NCBI GenBank assembly: GCA_000004695.1
Contig: CM000155.2
Coordinates: 352,001 to 416,000 of the forward strand
Direction of reading: 5' to 3'
Length of the DNA: 64,000 bases
Source: Dictyostelium discoideum
Lineage: Eukaryota
The notes below the pieces were generated by a model that saw only the letters and a list, made by a program, of their open reading frames with translations, ran no database searches and was not told the origin of the DNA. Positions 52,870 through 64,000 of this stretch are shown one piece after another; positions within the stretch are counted from its first letter, which is position 1; the number at the start of each line of letters is the position of its first letter. The position numbers and the translations under genes are program-made.

Positions 52870-53041
52870 TCTTTAATTGGGTTTTGATTAATAATTGTTG
52901 AGAAATTAATTTTCGTTTTTTTTTTTCTATATTAAAAAAATAAATATATTATATATTTATATATTTATTTAGTTTTAATATTATTTTATTGTGTGAATAC
53001 AATTGTAAAAGAATTTTTTAATTTTTCAATTTATACCAAAA

Positions 53042-53053
53042 TTTCGGCCGAAA
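53042..53053. promoter_or_regulatory. Perfect 12-bp GC-core palindrome TTTCGGCCGAAA about 175 bp upstream of the permease start
   Basis: Direct reading. It is the only CGGCCG in a stretch more than 90% AT, and it lies in the promoter position of the minus-strand gene ending at 52869. Confidence 0.3.
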
Positions 53054-53732
53054 AAATAAAAAAAAAACTACAAAATGTTTTTTAATTTTTTTTTTTTCCG
53101 ACCCTTTTGATCAGTTTAAATAAAAAAAATAAAATAGATTTTTTTTCACCTAAAAAAGTGAAAAAGATATTTTTTTGTTTTTTCAAAAATGATTAGTTTT
53201 TTTTGTTATTTTTTTAAGAATTTTTTTAATATTGTGCAAACCAGCTCATCAAATAATTTTTTTTAATTTTTTTTGGGCACTACCCAGATTTTTTCATCAT
53301 TATTACATCATATTAATTATTTTTAGTTTTAATTTATTTTAGAATTTCATACCAATCTTATCAAAAAACAATGATCAATTCTCAAATATTTAACATTTTT
53401 ATAATTAACCCAATGTTTTGGCTTTTGAGAATGGAATGGATTTTGAAATAGCTAAGGATACTTCACATCCTAAATTCAAAAAATGTAAAAAGATCTTGAG
53501 ATTTTTTTTTTTTTTTTTTATAATACTAATTTATATTTAATATAGCTATATATAATAAATCATTTTAAAAATAAAAAGTTAAAAAAATAAAATAAAAAAA
53601 TAAAATAAAATGTTTAATTATTTAAAAAGAAATGGTTATTTATTTAAAGGATATTAATAAAGAAAGTAATAATTAAAAATAAAAAATTCCATTTCAAATT
53701 GTTTTATAAGAAAAAGAAAATTTACATTTATT

Positions 53733-53822
53733 TTAAGGTAATTTATATTTATAAATATTAGATAATAATGAATGAGATGAATTTGAATTTATATATGTAC
53801 ATATTCTAGTTTTATTTAATAT

Positions 53823-53854
<32 letters not shown>

Positions 53855-54929
53855 CAGATGATAAAGTTATTTGACCACTTGGATTGTTTGGTGAATTTGA
53901 ATCATTAATTTCTATTTGTTCAATTAATTCCTCATCACAATTACGATTTAATAAAACTCTATAACTTTCAAAATCCCATATATAAAATCCTTGGCCTTCA
54001 ATATGATCAATATTAAAGAATGAAGCATCAGTTATGATATTTTTAACACTTGTAAATAATGCTTGTAACCATTGACCAGAATAAGTCAATGGTTTATTAA
54101 TTTCATTATAAAAGAAATCTTTAGTGATTGGGTTTGTATCTGTTGCATCCAATGGAGTCAATAATAATTTGGGACCCAATGACGATACCATGATTTGAAA
54201 TGCCTTTATATCAACAAAGAGGTTAAACTCTGCCACTGTATTATTCCTATACGTGAATATATTTGCTGGCGCGTCAATTGTACCACCCATTTGTGAGACC
54301 AATTCAATATTATCCACTACGTTGGGATACAAGGTTAGCAATATAGCCAAATCAGTGGCGGGTCCTGCTGATAGAATTTCAATTGGTTCATTTAATTCTA
54401 ATAATTCTTTATTGATTTTTACGAATAATTCAGTACATGACATATTCGTTGGTACTAAACCATTGGTATTATTATTAAAATACTGATCTTTAGTATACCA
54501 TAATGTGTCACCGAGTGCTCTAACTTGGTTATTTGTTGCATTTAAAATACTGATCTCAAAATTTAATGCTGAATCCAATGGTATTGATGAACCTAATGCC
54601 ACAGGTATTGATAATAATTCTTTATATCTATCATTATCTTTCTCTGTCATAAAGTTAAAAACTTTGAAAATAGTATCTAATCCAATTGCTCTCGTTGTAA
54701 ATCCTGTACCTGAAACACAAATACCTCTTAATTTAAATTCTGAATCATTTGATAATATTGATTGTAATGCTATTATATCATCAATATTTGCATCAGTATA
54801 AAAAAATAAATTTCTTTTTTTTAAAATATCTTCATTTTTATCATTTTCTATATTAATTTTTAAACTACAAATATAAAAATTATTAAAAATTATTAAAATT
54901 AAAATTATAGATAATAATTTATATATCAT
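53733..54929 (-). CDS. Secreted inosine-uridine nucleoside hydrolase (IUNH)-like protein, with a signal peptide, an N-terminal D-x-x-x-DD motif and a C-terminal polySer
   Basis: The signal peptide is MIYKLLSIILILIIFNNFYICS. LFFYTDANIDDIIALQSIL resembles the IUNH N-terminal aspartate cluster (DTDPGIDDAxAI). Size is 398 aa. The family call is tentative. Confidence 0.5.
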
Positions 54930-54952
54930 TTTTGTGTTTGAAATAATTTCCC

Positions 54953-54989
<37 letters not shown>

Positions 54990-55089
54990 ATAAAAAAAAA
55001 AACAAAAAAAAAATAAATAAAATTAAAATTAAAAATAAAAATAGGTTTTGTTGGTATAAAAATTTTATTTGGTTTTATATGGGGCCAAC

Positions 55090-55113
55090 TTTTTAATATC
55101 CGGATATTAAAAA
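55090..55113. promoter_or_regulatory. Perfect 24-bp palindrome TTTTTAATATCCGGATATTAAAAA with a CCGG core, about 165 bp upstream of the IUNH-like gene start
   Basis: Direct reading. The reverse complement equals the sequence over all 24 positions. Confidence 0.3.
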
Positions 55114-55955
55114 TTTCAGCATTAAAGTGGTGAAAAGTAATTTTATGTGGCGGTGTCTTGTTGGTAAAAAAAAAAAAAAAAAAAAAAAATTGTTATTTTT
55201 TACTATTTAAACTTTCCTTTTTTAATTTTATATTAAAACCTTTCATTATTTCCATAAATTGAAATATCTCCTTAATATTTATAGATTTTTTAATTTTCTT
55301 TGTAAATAAATTTTTACATTTTATTTTAGGATATCTTACTTCTTTCAGAGATAACTATTAAATTTTTTGTTAAAACAACATATTACAAATTCTTATAAAA
55401 TTTAGATAAAAAAAATCCAAATAAGATTTGATTTTGTTATCATTAAAAATTTCTCAAAATCTTTTTGTAAAATTCAAGATTTAATTTTTAATTTTATATA
55501 TTCATTTATTTTTTTATTTATTAATTTATTTTATCTTTTTTTTTTTTTTTTATTTTTTTTTTTATTTTAAAAAAAGTTAAAAAGTTACTATGTCGGAATT
55601 GTAGAAATAATATAACTCATTTTTTTTTATTTTTAATAAAAACTATTTTAATTGATTTCATAATATTTCAAAACATTTAACAGACTATATTAATAGGTTT
55701 TTCATTAAAATAACATAAATGTTCTTTAAATAAATTTAATATGAACAAAGTAATTATAATTTAAAATTATAAAATTATAAAATAAATTATTTCATTCATA
55801 GTTTGGTATTTTGATGCACCACAACAACCACTTTTTCATTTTTTTATTTTTTTGTAAAATTAAAAACCAATAATAAATAGTGTTTTTTTTACAATTGTTT
55901 TAAAAAATGGGGTATTGATTTTTTCAATCTTTATTTTTTTATTTGATAATTTTTG

Positions 55956-55992
<37 letters not shown>

Positions 55993-56055
55993 CTTATATA
56001 TTTGACAATAGTTATTTTTTTTTTTTTTTTTAAATTTTTTACAAACAAATAAATT

Positions 56056-56418
56056 TATTTAAAATATGCCCACAGAGATTAAAATGATTATTAAAAATGG
56101 AGAAGGAGAATCAAAAATAATTGGAAAAGGTAATATAAAATGAATTAAATTATAAATAATTCAACATGTTGAATTAATTCCAATAACTAATTATTTTTAT
56201 AAAATTTAGCAATCACTTTACCAACTCCAAAAATTTTCCCACAACCATTTTTTATACGTTTATCTGAATATACATCAGAAGGTAATCTTTGGGATAATGA
56301 AAATTTTGAATTCAATTCTGGAAAGGTTGAATGCAATGGAGAAGATTATGATCTTGCCCCATCAACTTGTTCATTGGCCAAATTTGATGAAGATGATGGT
56401 TCAAAAAAATTGATATAA
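56056..56418 (+). CDS. Small two-exon protein of about 90 aa, function unknown. Model is join(56056..56119,56210..56418).
   Basis: ATG at 56056. Donor GGAAAAG|GTAATA at 56120 and acceptor aaatttag| at 56209, phase 1. The product is MPTEIKMIIKNGEGESKIIGKAITLPTPKIFPQPFFIRLSEYTSEGNLWDNENFEFNSGKVECNGEDYDLAPSTCSLAKFDEDDGSKKLI. Composition is coding-like and about 65% AT. Confidence 0.45.
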
Positions 56419-56489
56419 GAATAATGCCAACTAGACCTCTTGGAAATGATTTACCATATTTTAATTAAAAAATATATATTATTGTTTCG

Positions 56490-56537
<48 letters not shown>

Positions 56538-56653
56538 AAATCGGTCAAGAAGTCCTTAACTATCACTGTTATTTTTTTTTATTTATTTATTTGTTTTTTT
56601 ATTTATTTATTTATTTATTTTTAATTTACAATGTATATATTTTTTTTTATTTT

Positions 56654-57172
56654 TTATCTATTATTGTATTCAAATAAAGTTTTAATGGTTATAGATTTTT
56701 TAAGAATTAATCTTTTTAAATAAAGTATATTGAATAAACCAGATAAACCAATTAAAACTAAAAATGAATGTAAACCTCTATTAATTTGTATGAACCTTTT
56801 CTTTTTATTTGTAATTATATAATAATTTGATAAATCTGTTTTTACAAATAATAATGAGATTGCATCAATTGGTAGTTGAGAAGTAGTTTTAAAATCTTCA
56901 ATAATTGTTAACTCTACAATTGGTTTATATTTATCATCATCATCATTAATCATTAAATAATCTAATTCTGATTGATCTAACCATGATTTTAATAATCTTG
57001 GTTCTAAAATTGCTTCAATACCATCATCAATACCACCACCACCACCACCACCACCACCACTACTACTTTTTCCACCCTCTTTATTTGGTTTCTTTACAAT
57101 TGCAACTTTTGGTTTTATCTTTTTAACTCTTTCAATAAACTGATTAACATCATTTGATCTCTCTCTGTACAT
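56654..57172 (-). CDS. Hypothetical 172-aa protein with a basic N-terminus, a poly-Gly run, an acidic middle and a hydrophobic C-terminal segment, possibly tail-anchored
   Basis: An ORF with coding-like composition, containing GGGGGGGGG and ending ...GLHSFLVLIGLSGLFNILYL... I recognise no family. Confidence 0.4.
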   Translation of the reverse strand: MYRERSNDVNQFIERVKKIKPKVAIVKKPNKEGGKSSSGGGGGGGGGIDDGIEAILEPRLLKSWLDQSELDYLMINDDDDKYKPIVELTIIEDFKTTSQLPIDAISLLFVKTDLSNYYIITNKKKRFIQINRGLHSFLVLIGLSGLFNILYLKRLILKKSITIKTLFEYNNR

Positions 57173-57303
57173 TCTTTTTATTAAATAGTTATCTCTAATA
57201 CCATCAAATATTAAATTATAATATGAAATAAATAAAATTATTAAATTTATAAAAAATGGCTAATAATAAAAAATGTTAATATAATATAAAATTAAATAAT
57301 AAT

Positions 57304-57355
<52 letters not shown>

Positions 57356-57357
57356 CT

Positions 57358-58192
57358 TTAGTTCGTAATTACAATTAAATTAAATTTAAAACCAAAATAA
57401 TATAATGAAAAATAAGAACCAATATAAAATAATTGAAAAATTGATAATAAAATTGAATTCATTGGTTTCTTTGTATAATTATACCAAATGTTTCTACCCC
57501 ATAAATCTAAACCAGATTCAATGACATCGTTAGGATCATCATCTTCAAAATTTTCGTCATTCTCTTGTTCGAATAATGAATAATTTTGACCATCACCATT
57601 ATTTAAAGTGTTTGCATCCTTTATTAATAATACCAATACTATTACTAACATTGAAAATGAGAATACAATAGTTGCAATTATAAAATACCAATTATAAGTT
57701 ATTCCCCATTCTAATGTTGTTGTTGTTGTTGTTGTTGTTGTTGTATCACTAAAACTACCTTTAAAATAATTAAATGATTCTTTTAAATTACAAATTGTTG
57801 TATTTCCTTTATCAACTATATTACTTTTAATAAATCCATTCTTTAAATCACTACATAATGTTTCTCTTAAACTAATAATAATAAATGAAAATTATTAGTG
57901 TGTGTGCGGGTATGAAAAATTAAAAATTAAAAATTAAAAATTAAAAATTAAAAAATTAAAAAAAATTAAAAAAATAAAAAATTAAAGATAAACTTACTTT
58001 AAAGGAAAAATACAAATTGAAACAATTAAAAATAATGGTATAGTAATTAGCATCATTATACCAAATATAGTGAATGCTTTTTTTACAAGGTCTACTTTTA
58101 ATACTGAAGCTAAAATGTACATATATCCTAATAATGGTAAAAAGCATAACTAATTTTAAAAAAAATATATATTTATATATTTTTAGTAAAAA

Positions 58193-58240
<48 letters not shown>

Positions 58241-58538
58241 AAAATTAATTAATTTAAATAATAATTATTATAATTATAATTACAATATTTATAGGAATAA
58301 TTTGAAATAATATAAAAGATGAATTAAATTGATTCAATTGTGAATTTGAATTAAAATCGGTATATTTACTAATAGTATATGGAATACATGTTGTTTTATT
58401 ATTATCAATCATACAACTATCTATTTTATATACACTCCCAGAAGAAAACCAAAGTGCAATTGATAATATCCAAAATGGAATTATAAATATTGCTTTAGAA
58501 TAAAGCCTTCTCTTTATTGCATCTGACCTCATTATCAA
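57358..58538 (-). CDS. Hypothetical four-TM membrane protein. Model is join(58284..58538,57998..58149,57358..57871), about 306 aa.
   Basis: Donors are AATATT|GTAATT at 58283 and CCTTTAAA|GTAAGT at 57997. Acceptors are aaattag| at 58150 and attattag| at 57872. Phases of 0, 2 and 0 are consistent across exons of 255, 152 and 514 nt. Hydrophobic helices include AIFIIPFWILSIALWF, LCFLPLLGYMYILASVL, IFGIMMLITIPLFLIVSICIF and WYFIIATIVFSFSMLVIVLVLLI. Intron 1 contains a (TAA)n repeat. Confidence 0.55.
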
Positions 58539-58590
58539 TATTAATAATTAATAATAAAAAAAAAAATATTTAAATATTATAGTGAGGAGA

Positions 58591-58621
<31 letters not shown>

Positions 58622-58743
58622 TAAAAAAAAAAAAAAAAAAAAAAAACTTTAAAATTAAAAAACCAAAATCAAAAAAAAAAAAAAAAAATTTAAGGTTTTT
58701 GAAAATCAAGGAAATTTTTAATTTTAAGAAAAAAGGGGAAAAA

Positions 58744-58777
<34 letters not shown>

Positions 58778-59248
58778 GGTATGTAAAAATTATTTTATGG
58801 AAAAATAATAAAAAGTTTCTATTGTTCTTTCTTTTAATTTAAAAAAAAAAAAAAAAAAAATTTTCAAAGCTAAATATAAAATATATGTATTGAACAAAAA
58901 AAAAAAAAAATAGAATTCTTTTTTTTTAAAATTTAAGGAATTTTTAAAATTGATAAATTTAAAAATTTTAATCAAATTAAAGAGACAACATACAATGGAA
59001 TAAAATTGGTTTCCATGGAATAAACAGAAAGATCTTTCCAACCATTTAAAAAAATAGAAAATTAAAAAATTCGTTGAAAACTCAATAACTCTGTTTTTTT
59101 TTCAAAAATATTTGTTTTGGTTAAATTTTATTTTTTTTTTTTTTTTTTTTATTAAAATTTTATTTTTTTTTTATTTTTTTTATTTTTTTTTTTATTTTTT
59201 CACATTTAAAGAATCTTTTTTTAAATTTTTTTTTTTTTTTTTTTGTAA

Positions 59249-60250
59249 ATGAACTTTTTAATAAAACAAATTTTAAAAAATAATAATAATAATAAACAAA
59301 TATTTATTAAAAATATTTTAAATAATAATAAACAAATAATCAATAAATTTTATACAACAACCAAAAATAAAATGTCAAATAAAGCAAAGATTGAAGTATT
59401 TCCAGAATTAGAATCAGCAACTGGTCAAATGATTATTATTGATGAACAAACAAAGAAATGTGCAATCTTAGATTCAGTATTAAATTATACACAAAACAAT
59501 GGTAGAACCTCAACAAAGGATGCAGATAAATTAATTGCCTATATTAAAGAGAATCAATTGGAACCAGAATGGATCTTAGAGACACATATTCATGCCGATC
59601 ATTTATCAGGCGCACATTATTTAAAGGGAATCTATCCAAATGCAAAGACAGCAATTGGCGAGGGTGCAAAAATCGTTCAAAAAACATTCAAAACCATATA
59701 TAATTTAGAACACACTTTTCCAACTGACGGCAGTCAATTTGATAAGTTATTCACAGATGACGAAAGATTCACGATTGGTAGTTTACAAGTTAGAGTTATA
59801 TCAACACCAGGTCATACACCAGCATGTGTAAGTTACTACATTGAAAACGATTCAGTATTTGTTGGTGACACTATGTTTATGCCAGATGTTGGTACTGCAC
59901 GTTGCGATTTTCCAAATGGTTCCGCTGAAACACTATGGACATCAATGAAAAAGATTTTAGAATTACCAGAGACTGTCAAAGTTTACGTTTGCCATGATTA
60001 CCCACCTCAAGAACGTGGTATCACCTTTTTCACAACAATTGCTGAACAAAGACTCTCTAATAAACATATCAAAGATTCCGTCACTAAAGATGAATTTATC
60101 AAAATGAGAACTGAAAGAGATGCAACCCTCAAAGCACCACAATTACTCCTTCCATCAATTCAAGTTAATATTCGTGCTGGTGAATTACCACCAAAAGAAG
60201 ATAATGGTATTTCTTATATTAAAATCCCATTAAATTATTTAAAACAATAA
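59249..60250 (+). CDS. Metallo-beta-lactamase-fold persulfide dioxygenase (ETHE1-like), probably with an N-terminal organellar presequence
   Basis: The H-x-H-x-D-H motif ETHIHADHLSG. Downstream GTARCDFPNGSAETLW...VYVCHDY resembles ETHE1 GCGRTDFQQGCAKTLY...IYPAHDY. The N-terminal 40 aa are basic, N- and K-rich and lack acidic residues. It is a single exon. Confidence 0.7.
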   Translation: MNFLIKQILKNNNNNKQIFIKNILNNNKQIINKFYTTTKNKMSNKAKIEVFPELESATGQMIIIDEQTKKCAILDSVLNYTQNNGRTSTKDADKLIAYIKENQLEPEWILETHIHADHLSGAHYLKGIYPNAKTAIGEGAKIVQKTFKTIYNLEHTFPTDGSQFDKLFTDDERFTIGSLQVRVISTPGHTPACVSYYIENDSVFVGDTMFMPDVGTARCDFPNGSAETLWTSMKKILELPETVKVYVCHDYPPQERGITFFTTIAEQRLSNKHIKDSVTKDEFIKMRTERDATLKAPQLLLPSIQVNIRAGELPPKEDNGISYIKIPLNYLKQ

Positions 60251-60296
60251 AAAAAAAAAATAATAATAATAATTAATAATAAAAAACTGTATTTAT

Positions 60297-61046
60297 TTAT
60301 TTCTTTTTAAAAATTAACATTTTTGCATTTGTTGGTGCATCATAATTTACAAATTTATTTAATTCTATAATTTCCATCTAAATTAAAAAAAAAAAAAATA
60401 TTAATAATTAAATTTTTAATAAATAATAATAATAATTTAATTAAAACTTACAGTAAAATTATATTTTTCAGAAACTGATAATAAGGTTGGGAAATGATTT
60501 TTACGATCTAAAAATGATAAATAAAATGTACCTTTACCACTTGATTTATTTGTTTTTAAGATTGAATCAACTGTAAAGAATAATGGTTCAATTGAAGAAT
60601 CAACATAAATTAAATCAGAACCAATGATAGTATTAAAATTATATTTTGTTGAATATTGTTGAATGAAATGAGTTAATGTTGGTTGATTATCACCCCAATA
60701 TAATCTTTCAATTGAGATTCTATCATTATTGTTATTAAATAGTTTAGAATTGGAATTAACATTATCTCTTAATAATGGTAACGATTTTTCATCACCATCT
60801 GAAAATAATGTAAAATTTGAATATTTTGATGAAACTAAACCACATAATCCAACACCTGATCCTAATTCAACAATATCTTTTCCAATGAATTCTTCTTTAA
60901 ATTTTGAAATATATAATGATAATATTCTACTTGCTGGCCATGGTAATAATCCTGTTGATGGTTGTACATTTACATTTTGTAATCTAAAAATAAAAAAATA
61001 AAAATAAATATAAAAGGGGTGTGGTGTGTAAGTATGACGATTTTTT

Positions 61047-61092
<46 letters not shown>

Positions 61093-61241
61093 ACCCACTC
61101 TTGTCCCTCAATTTCAATTTTAATATCATCATAAAATTCATATTTATAAGTTTCAAATCCCTCTTCAATTAAATATCCATTTAACCCAATCTCTTCATCA
61201 GAGTTGTCACTGTTTATTTCATTTTTATTTATTTTGTCCAT
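60297..61241 (-). CDS. Class-I SAM-dependent protein-lysine methyltransferase of the Methyltransf_16 (FAM86/METTL21-like) family. Model is join(61099..61241,60452..60983,60297..60377), about 251 aa.
   Basis: Donors are CAAGA|GTGGGT at 61098 and ACT|GTAAGT at 60451. Acceptors are tttttag| at 60984 and aatttag| at 60378. Phases of 2 and 0 are consistent across exons of 143, 532 and 81 nt. Motifs include LPWPASRILSLYI, VELGSGVGLCGLV (SAM-binding GxGxG), FSDGDE and LYWGD, as in the Methyltransf_16 family. Confidence 0.7.
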
Positions 61242-61872
61242 AGACTTTTTACCAAAGAAAAAAAAAAAAAAAAAAAAAATGAAAAATATGAAAAATATGA
61301 AAAAAAAAAAAACAATAAAATAAATAAAAATTATTTTTTATTTTTTTTTAATAAAATTATCTTTTATGTATGAAAAAAAAAAAAATAAATAAATAAAATA
61401 AAATTAAAATTATCAACTTCACATGTAGATGTACCACAAATAAAAAAAAAAAAATACCATTATTAAAAAAAAAAAAAAAAAAAAAAAATTTAGCTTAGAA
61501 ACAAAGGAGTTGGTTATATATATTTTTTTTGTTTTTTTGGTTGCGGCTAAAAATAATTATTTTTTTTTTTTTTTTTTTTTTTATTTTTTATTTTTTTATA
61601 TTTTTTTTTTTTTTTTTCATTTTTTTCATTTTTTTTTCATTTTTTTTTTTTTTTTTTCTTTTTATTTTCACCACCACATTAAAAATTTCATATATTTTTT
61701 TAATTTAAAAATAAATTAATAAATCCACATTAATAAAAAATTAAAAAATTAAAAAACAATAAATTAATTAATATAAATTTAATTTAATTAAATCTTGATA
61801 AAAATAATTTTAATTTTAAAAAATAATATAAAAAATATATAAAAAATAAAAATAAAAAAATAATAAAAAAAA

Positions 61873-63521
61873 ATGTCAACTAAACTATTTGTTGGACAAA
61901 TTCCAAAATCATTTAATGAAGAAGAGATTAAAAATTTATTTACCAATATAGCTAATATTGAATCAGTATCATTGATAAAGAATAAAACTACCAATGAGCC
62001 ACAAGGATGTGCATTCGTATCAGTACCATCACGTGAGGAAGCCGACAGAGCCATTGAGCAATTACATAATAGTAAGAAATTCCAAGGCGTATTAAACAAC
62101 TTACAAGTAAAGTATGCCGATAGTGAGCAAGAGAAATTGGCTAGTAAATTATTCGTTGGTATGCTACCCCGTTCCTACGAGGAGGAGCAAATTAGGGAGT
62201 TGTTTGAGCCACATGGTGTTGTTGAGGATATTTGTATTTTACGGGGCCCCAATTCCGAGAGCAAGGGATGCGGTTTCATAAAGTTTGACAACAGAGAATC
62301 TGCTCTCTCTGCCATTGCAACTTTGAATGGTATGAAATTGGACGGTTCACCAAACCCATTGGTTGTAAAATTCGCTGATACTGAAAAAGATAAGAAAAAG
62401 AAACAAAAACAACAACAAATTCAAATTCAAATGCAACAAAGACAACAACAACAGCAACAACAACAACAACAACCATCTCATCAACAACAACAATCTCATC
62501 AACAATCTTTTCAATCACAATATCAACAACCTGTAGTTAATCAATTCCCTCCAAAAATGAATCAACAACCATTCATTGTTAATCCATATTTTGGTCAAAT
62601 GCCAAATTTTAATTTTATTCCAAGTAGTAAGTAATTACTTTTTTTCTATTTTTTTAATATTTTAATAATATATATATTTATAGTAATTTTATTTTATTTT
62701 ATTTTATAGTTGATTCATCACCATCATTATTAGGTACACCACCAATTATTGGTGATGGTATTTATGATATATATTCAAATTCACAATTTGATAATAAATA
62801 TAATAATAATGGTGGTATGGGTGGTAATGGTGGTAATAATGGTAATATGTATGGTAGAAACTTTAACAATGGTAATAATGGTCCAATGGGTGGTATGAAT
62901 GGTAATGGTATGAATAATGGTGGTCCAATGGGTAATGGTATGAACAATGGTGGTCCAATGGGTAATGGTATGAATAATGGCGGTCCAATGGGTAACGGTA
63001 TGAATAATGGTGGTCCAATGGGCAATGGCATGAATGGTAATGGTATGAATGGTAATGGTATGGGTGGTCCAATGGGTAATGGTATGAATAATGGTATGGG
63101 TGGCATGAATCAAGGTGGTCCAATGGGTAATAAAAAGAATCAAAGTGTTGGTCCACAAGGTTCAAATCTATTCGTTTACAATATACCAAATTACTTCTCT
63201 GATAATGATTTACTTGGACTATTCCAACAATATGGTATTGTTGTAAGTGCTAAAGTTTATGTTGATAAAAATACTGGCGTTAGTAAAGGTTTTGGTATGT
63301 TTTTTTTTTTTTTTTTTCCTCTCTCCTTTAATTTATTTAACTAATTTATTAATAATTTTATTTGTCTCTCTCTATCTTTCTCATTTATAGGTTTTGTATC
63401 ATATGATAATCCAGCTTCTGCAAATTTAGCTATTTCTAATTTACATGGTCAAATGATGGCAGGTAAAAAATTGAAGGTTTCACTCAAGCAAACTTCTGGT
63501 CAAGGTTCCCAACCATATTAA
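61873..63521 (+). CDS. CELF/Bruno-like (CUGBP-Elav-like family) RNA-binding protein with three RRMs. Model is join(61873..62626,62710..63294,63391..63521), about 489 aa.
   Basis: RRM1 has LFVGQIPKSFNEEEIKNLF...KGCAFV and RRM2 has LFVGMLPRSYEEEQIRELFEPHG...KGCGFIKF. A Q-rich linker and a G/M/N-rich linker follow. RRM3, [79 protein letters not shown], matches CELF RRM3 ([61 protein letters not shown]). Donors are GTAAGT at 62627 and GTATGT at 63295. Acceptors are ttatag| at 62709 and tttatag| at 63390. Phase 1 is maintained. Confidence 0.85.
62905..63065 (+). repeat. Coding tandem repeat of a 30-nt unit, aatggtggtccaatgggtaatggtatgaac, about 4-5 copies (GGPMGNGMNN) in the CELF linker
   Basis: Direct repeat visible at 62916, 62946, 62976 and 63006. 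All six frames stay open (ORFs 62762..63106, 62781..63158 and 62863..63189), which is a repeat signature. Confidence 0.85.
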
Positions 63522-63719
63522 AACAAAAAAAGAAAAGAAAAAAAATAATAATGAAGAGGAGGGGAGAGAGAGGATAGGAAAGAGAGAGGAATATTAGGGC
63601 GATAAAAAGGTAGGGGAAGAGTTTAGCAGACAGGAATTGAGAGAGGAGAATTTAGGGAACAGGGATACAGGGATTTTTTTTTTATTTGTACATTTTATTT
63701 TATTTTTTAAAAAATGGGT

Positions 63720-63900
63720 TTCCATTGCCGCATTTGTTTCCAATTCAATCATAACAATTAATAATAACAATAACAATAACAATAACAATAACAATAACAA
63801 TAACAATAACAATAACAATAACAATAACAATAACAATAACAATAATAGTAATAATAATAACAACAACAACAACAACAACAACAACAAAATAATAGTAATA
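63720..63900 (+). repeat. (AACAAT)n hexanucleotide repeat, plus-strand polyN codons, possibly the start of a coding region running off the window
   Basis: aataacaataacaataac... then (aac)n. The last 60 nt of the window are GC-richer and coding-like. Confidence 0.5.
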
Positions 63901-64000
63901 ATTTTAAATAATAGTAATAATAGTCAATAACCACCAATAGTTCAAATAGTGCACACCAAGCGATAACAAAAATTCATCGAATGAAAAACACAATCACGCA

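Noticed and set aside
57173-57357. Joining the 172-aa ORF (56654..57172) to the upstream 4-TM gene as one transcript
   Set aside because: The upstream gene ends with an in-frame stop at 57358. No donor or acceptor pair gives a continuous frame. I treated them as separate, closely spaced genes.
62762-63189. Overlapping ORFs on both strands in the CELF G/M/N linker repeat
   Set aside because: This is a tandem-repeat artefact. The sense frame connects RRM2 to RRM3.
63594-63887. polyL ORF on the minus strand
   Set aside because: It is the antisense of the (AACAAT)n repeat. The plus-strand polyN reading is more plausible but runs off the window.

Overview
This 64 kb window is an extremely AT-rich, gene-dense eukaryotic segment. 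It has the hallmarks of a Dictyostelium (social amoeba) nuclear genome: about 75-90% A+T, long poly(dA/dT) tracts, short GTAAGT/GTATGT...AG introns, (CAA)n/(AAT)n-encoded polyQ/polyN runs, and FNIP-repeat and Tgr-like gene families. I found no rRNA or tRNA, no CRISPR array, and no recognisable transposon (no TRE/DIRS/Skipper-like ORFs). About 24 protein-coding genes can be supported. In window order they are:

- three tandem, roughly 97%-identical paralogs of an IPT/TIG-domain cell-surface glycoprotein, which I read as Tgr (tiger) family-like;
- an SRRM2/Cwc21-type splicing protein;
- an SLC35F/Thi74-like transporter;
- a long coiled-coil protein;
- a CtIP/Sae2 orthologue;
- an ANKRD13-like protein;
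- a FNIP-repeat protein;
- pirin;
- the peroxisomal MFE-2-type enzyme (mfeA-like, C-terminal -SKL);
- a 6-exon LRR/EGF type-I membrane protein;
- an ABCC full transporter;
- an alpha/beta hydrolase;
- a Vps8-like WD40 plus RING-H2 protein;
- an SLC7 cationic amino-acid permease;
- a nucleoside-hydrolase-like secreted protein;
- several small or hypothetical membrane proteins;
- an ETHE1-like persulfide dioxygenase;
- a Methyltransf_16 lysine methyltransferase;
- a CELF/Bruno-type three-RRM RNA-binding protein.

The most interesting structure is the Tgr-like tandem array at 1-12000. Two copies encode truncated products that look GPI-anchored or secreted. The third encodes a full transmembrane receptor whose cytoplasmic tail carries eight degenerate SLPPNQTE-type proline repeats. 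One truncated copy has a freshly disrupted signal-peptide exon. Each copy has conserved G/GT-rich promoter blocks that look like G-box-binding-factor sites. Exon boundaries were derived by hand from splice consensus and frame continuity, so treat them as models. The supplied ORF track treats TTG, CTG and similar codons as starts, so its 'M' positions are not always ATG.
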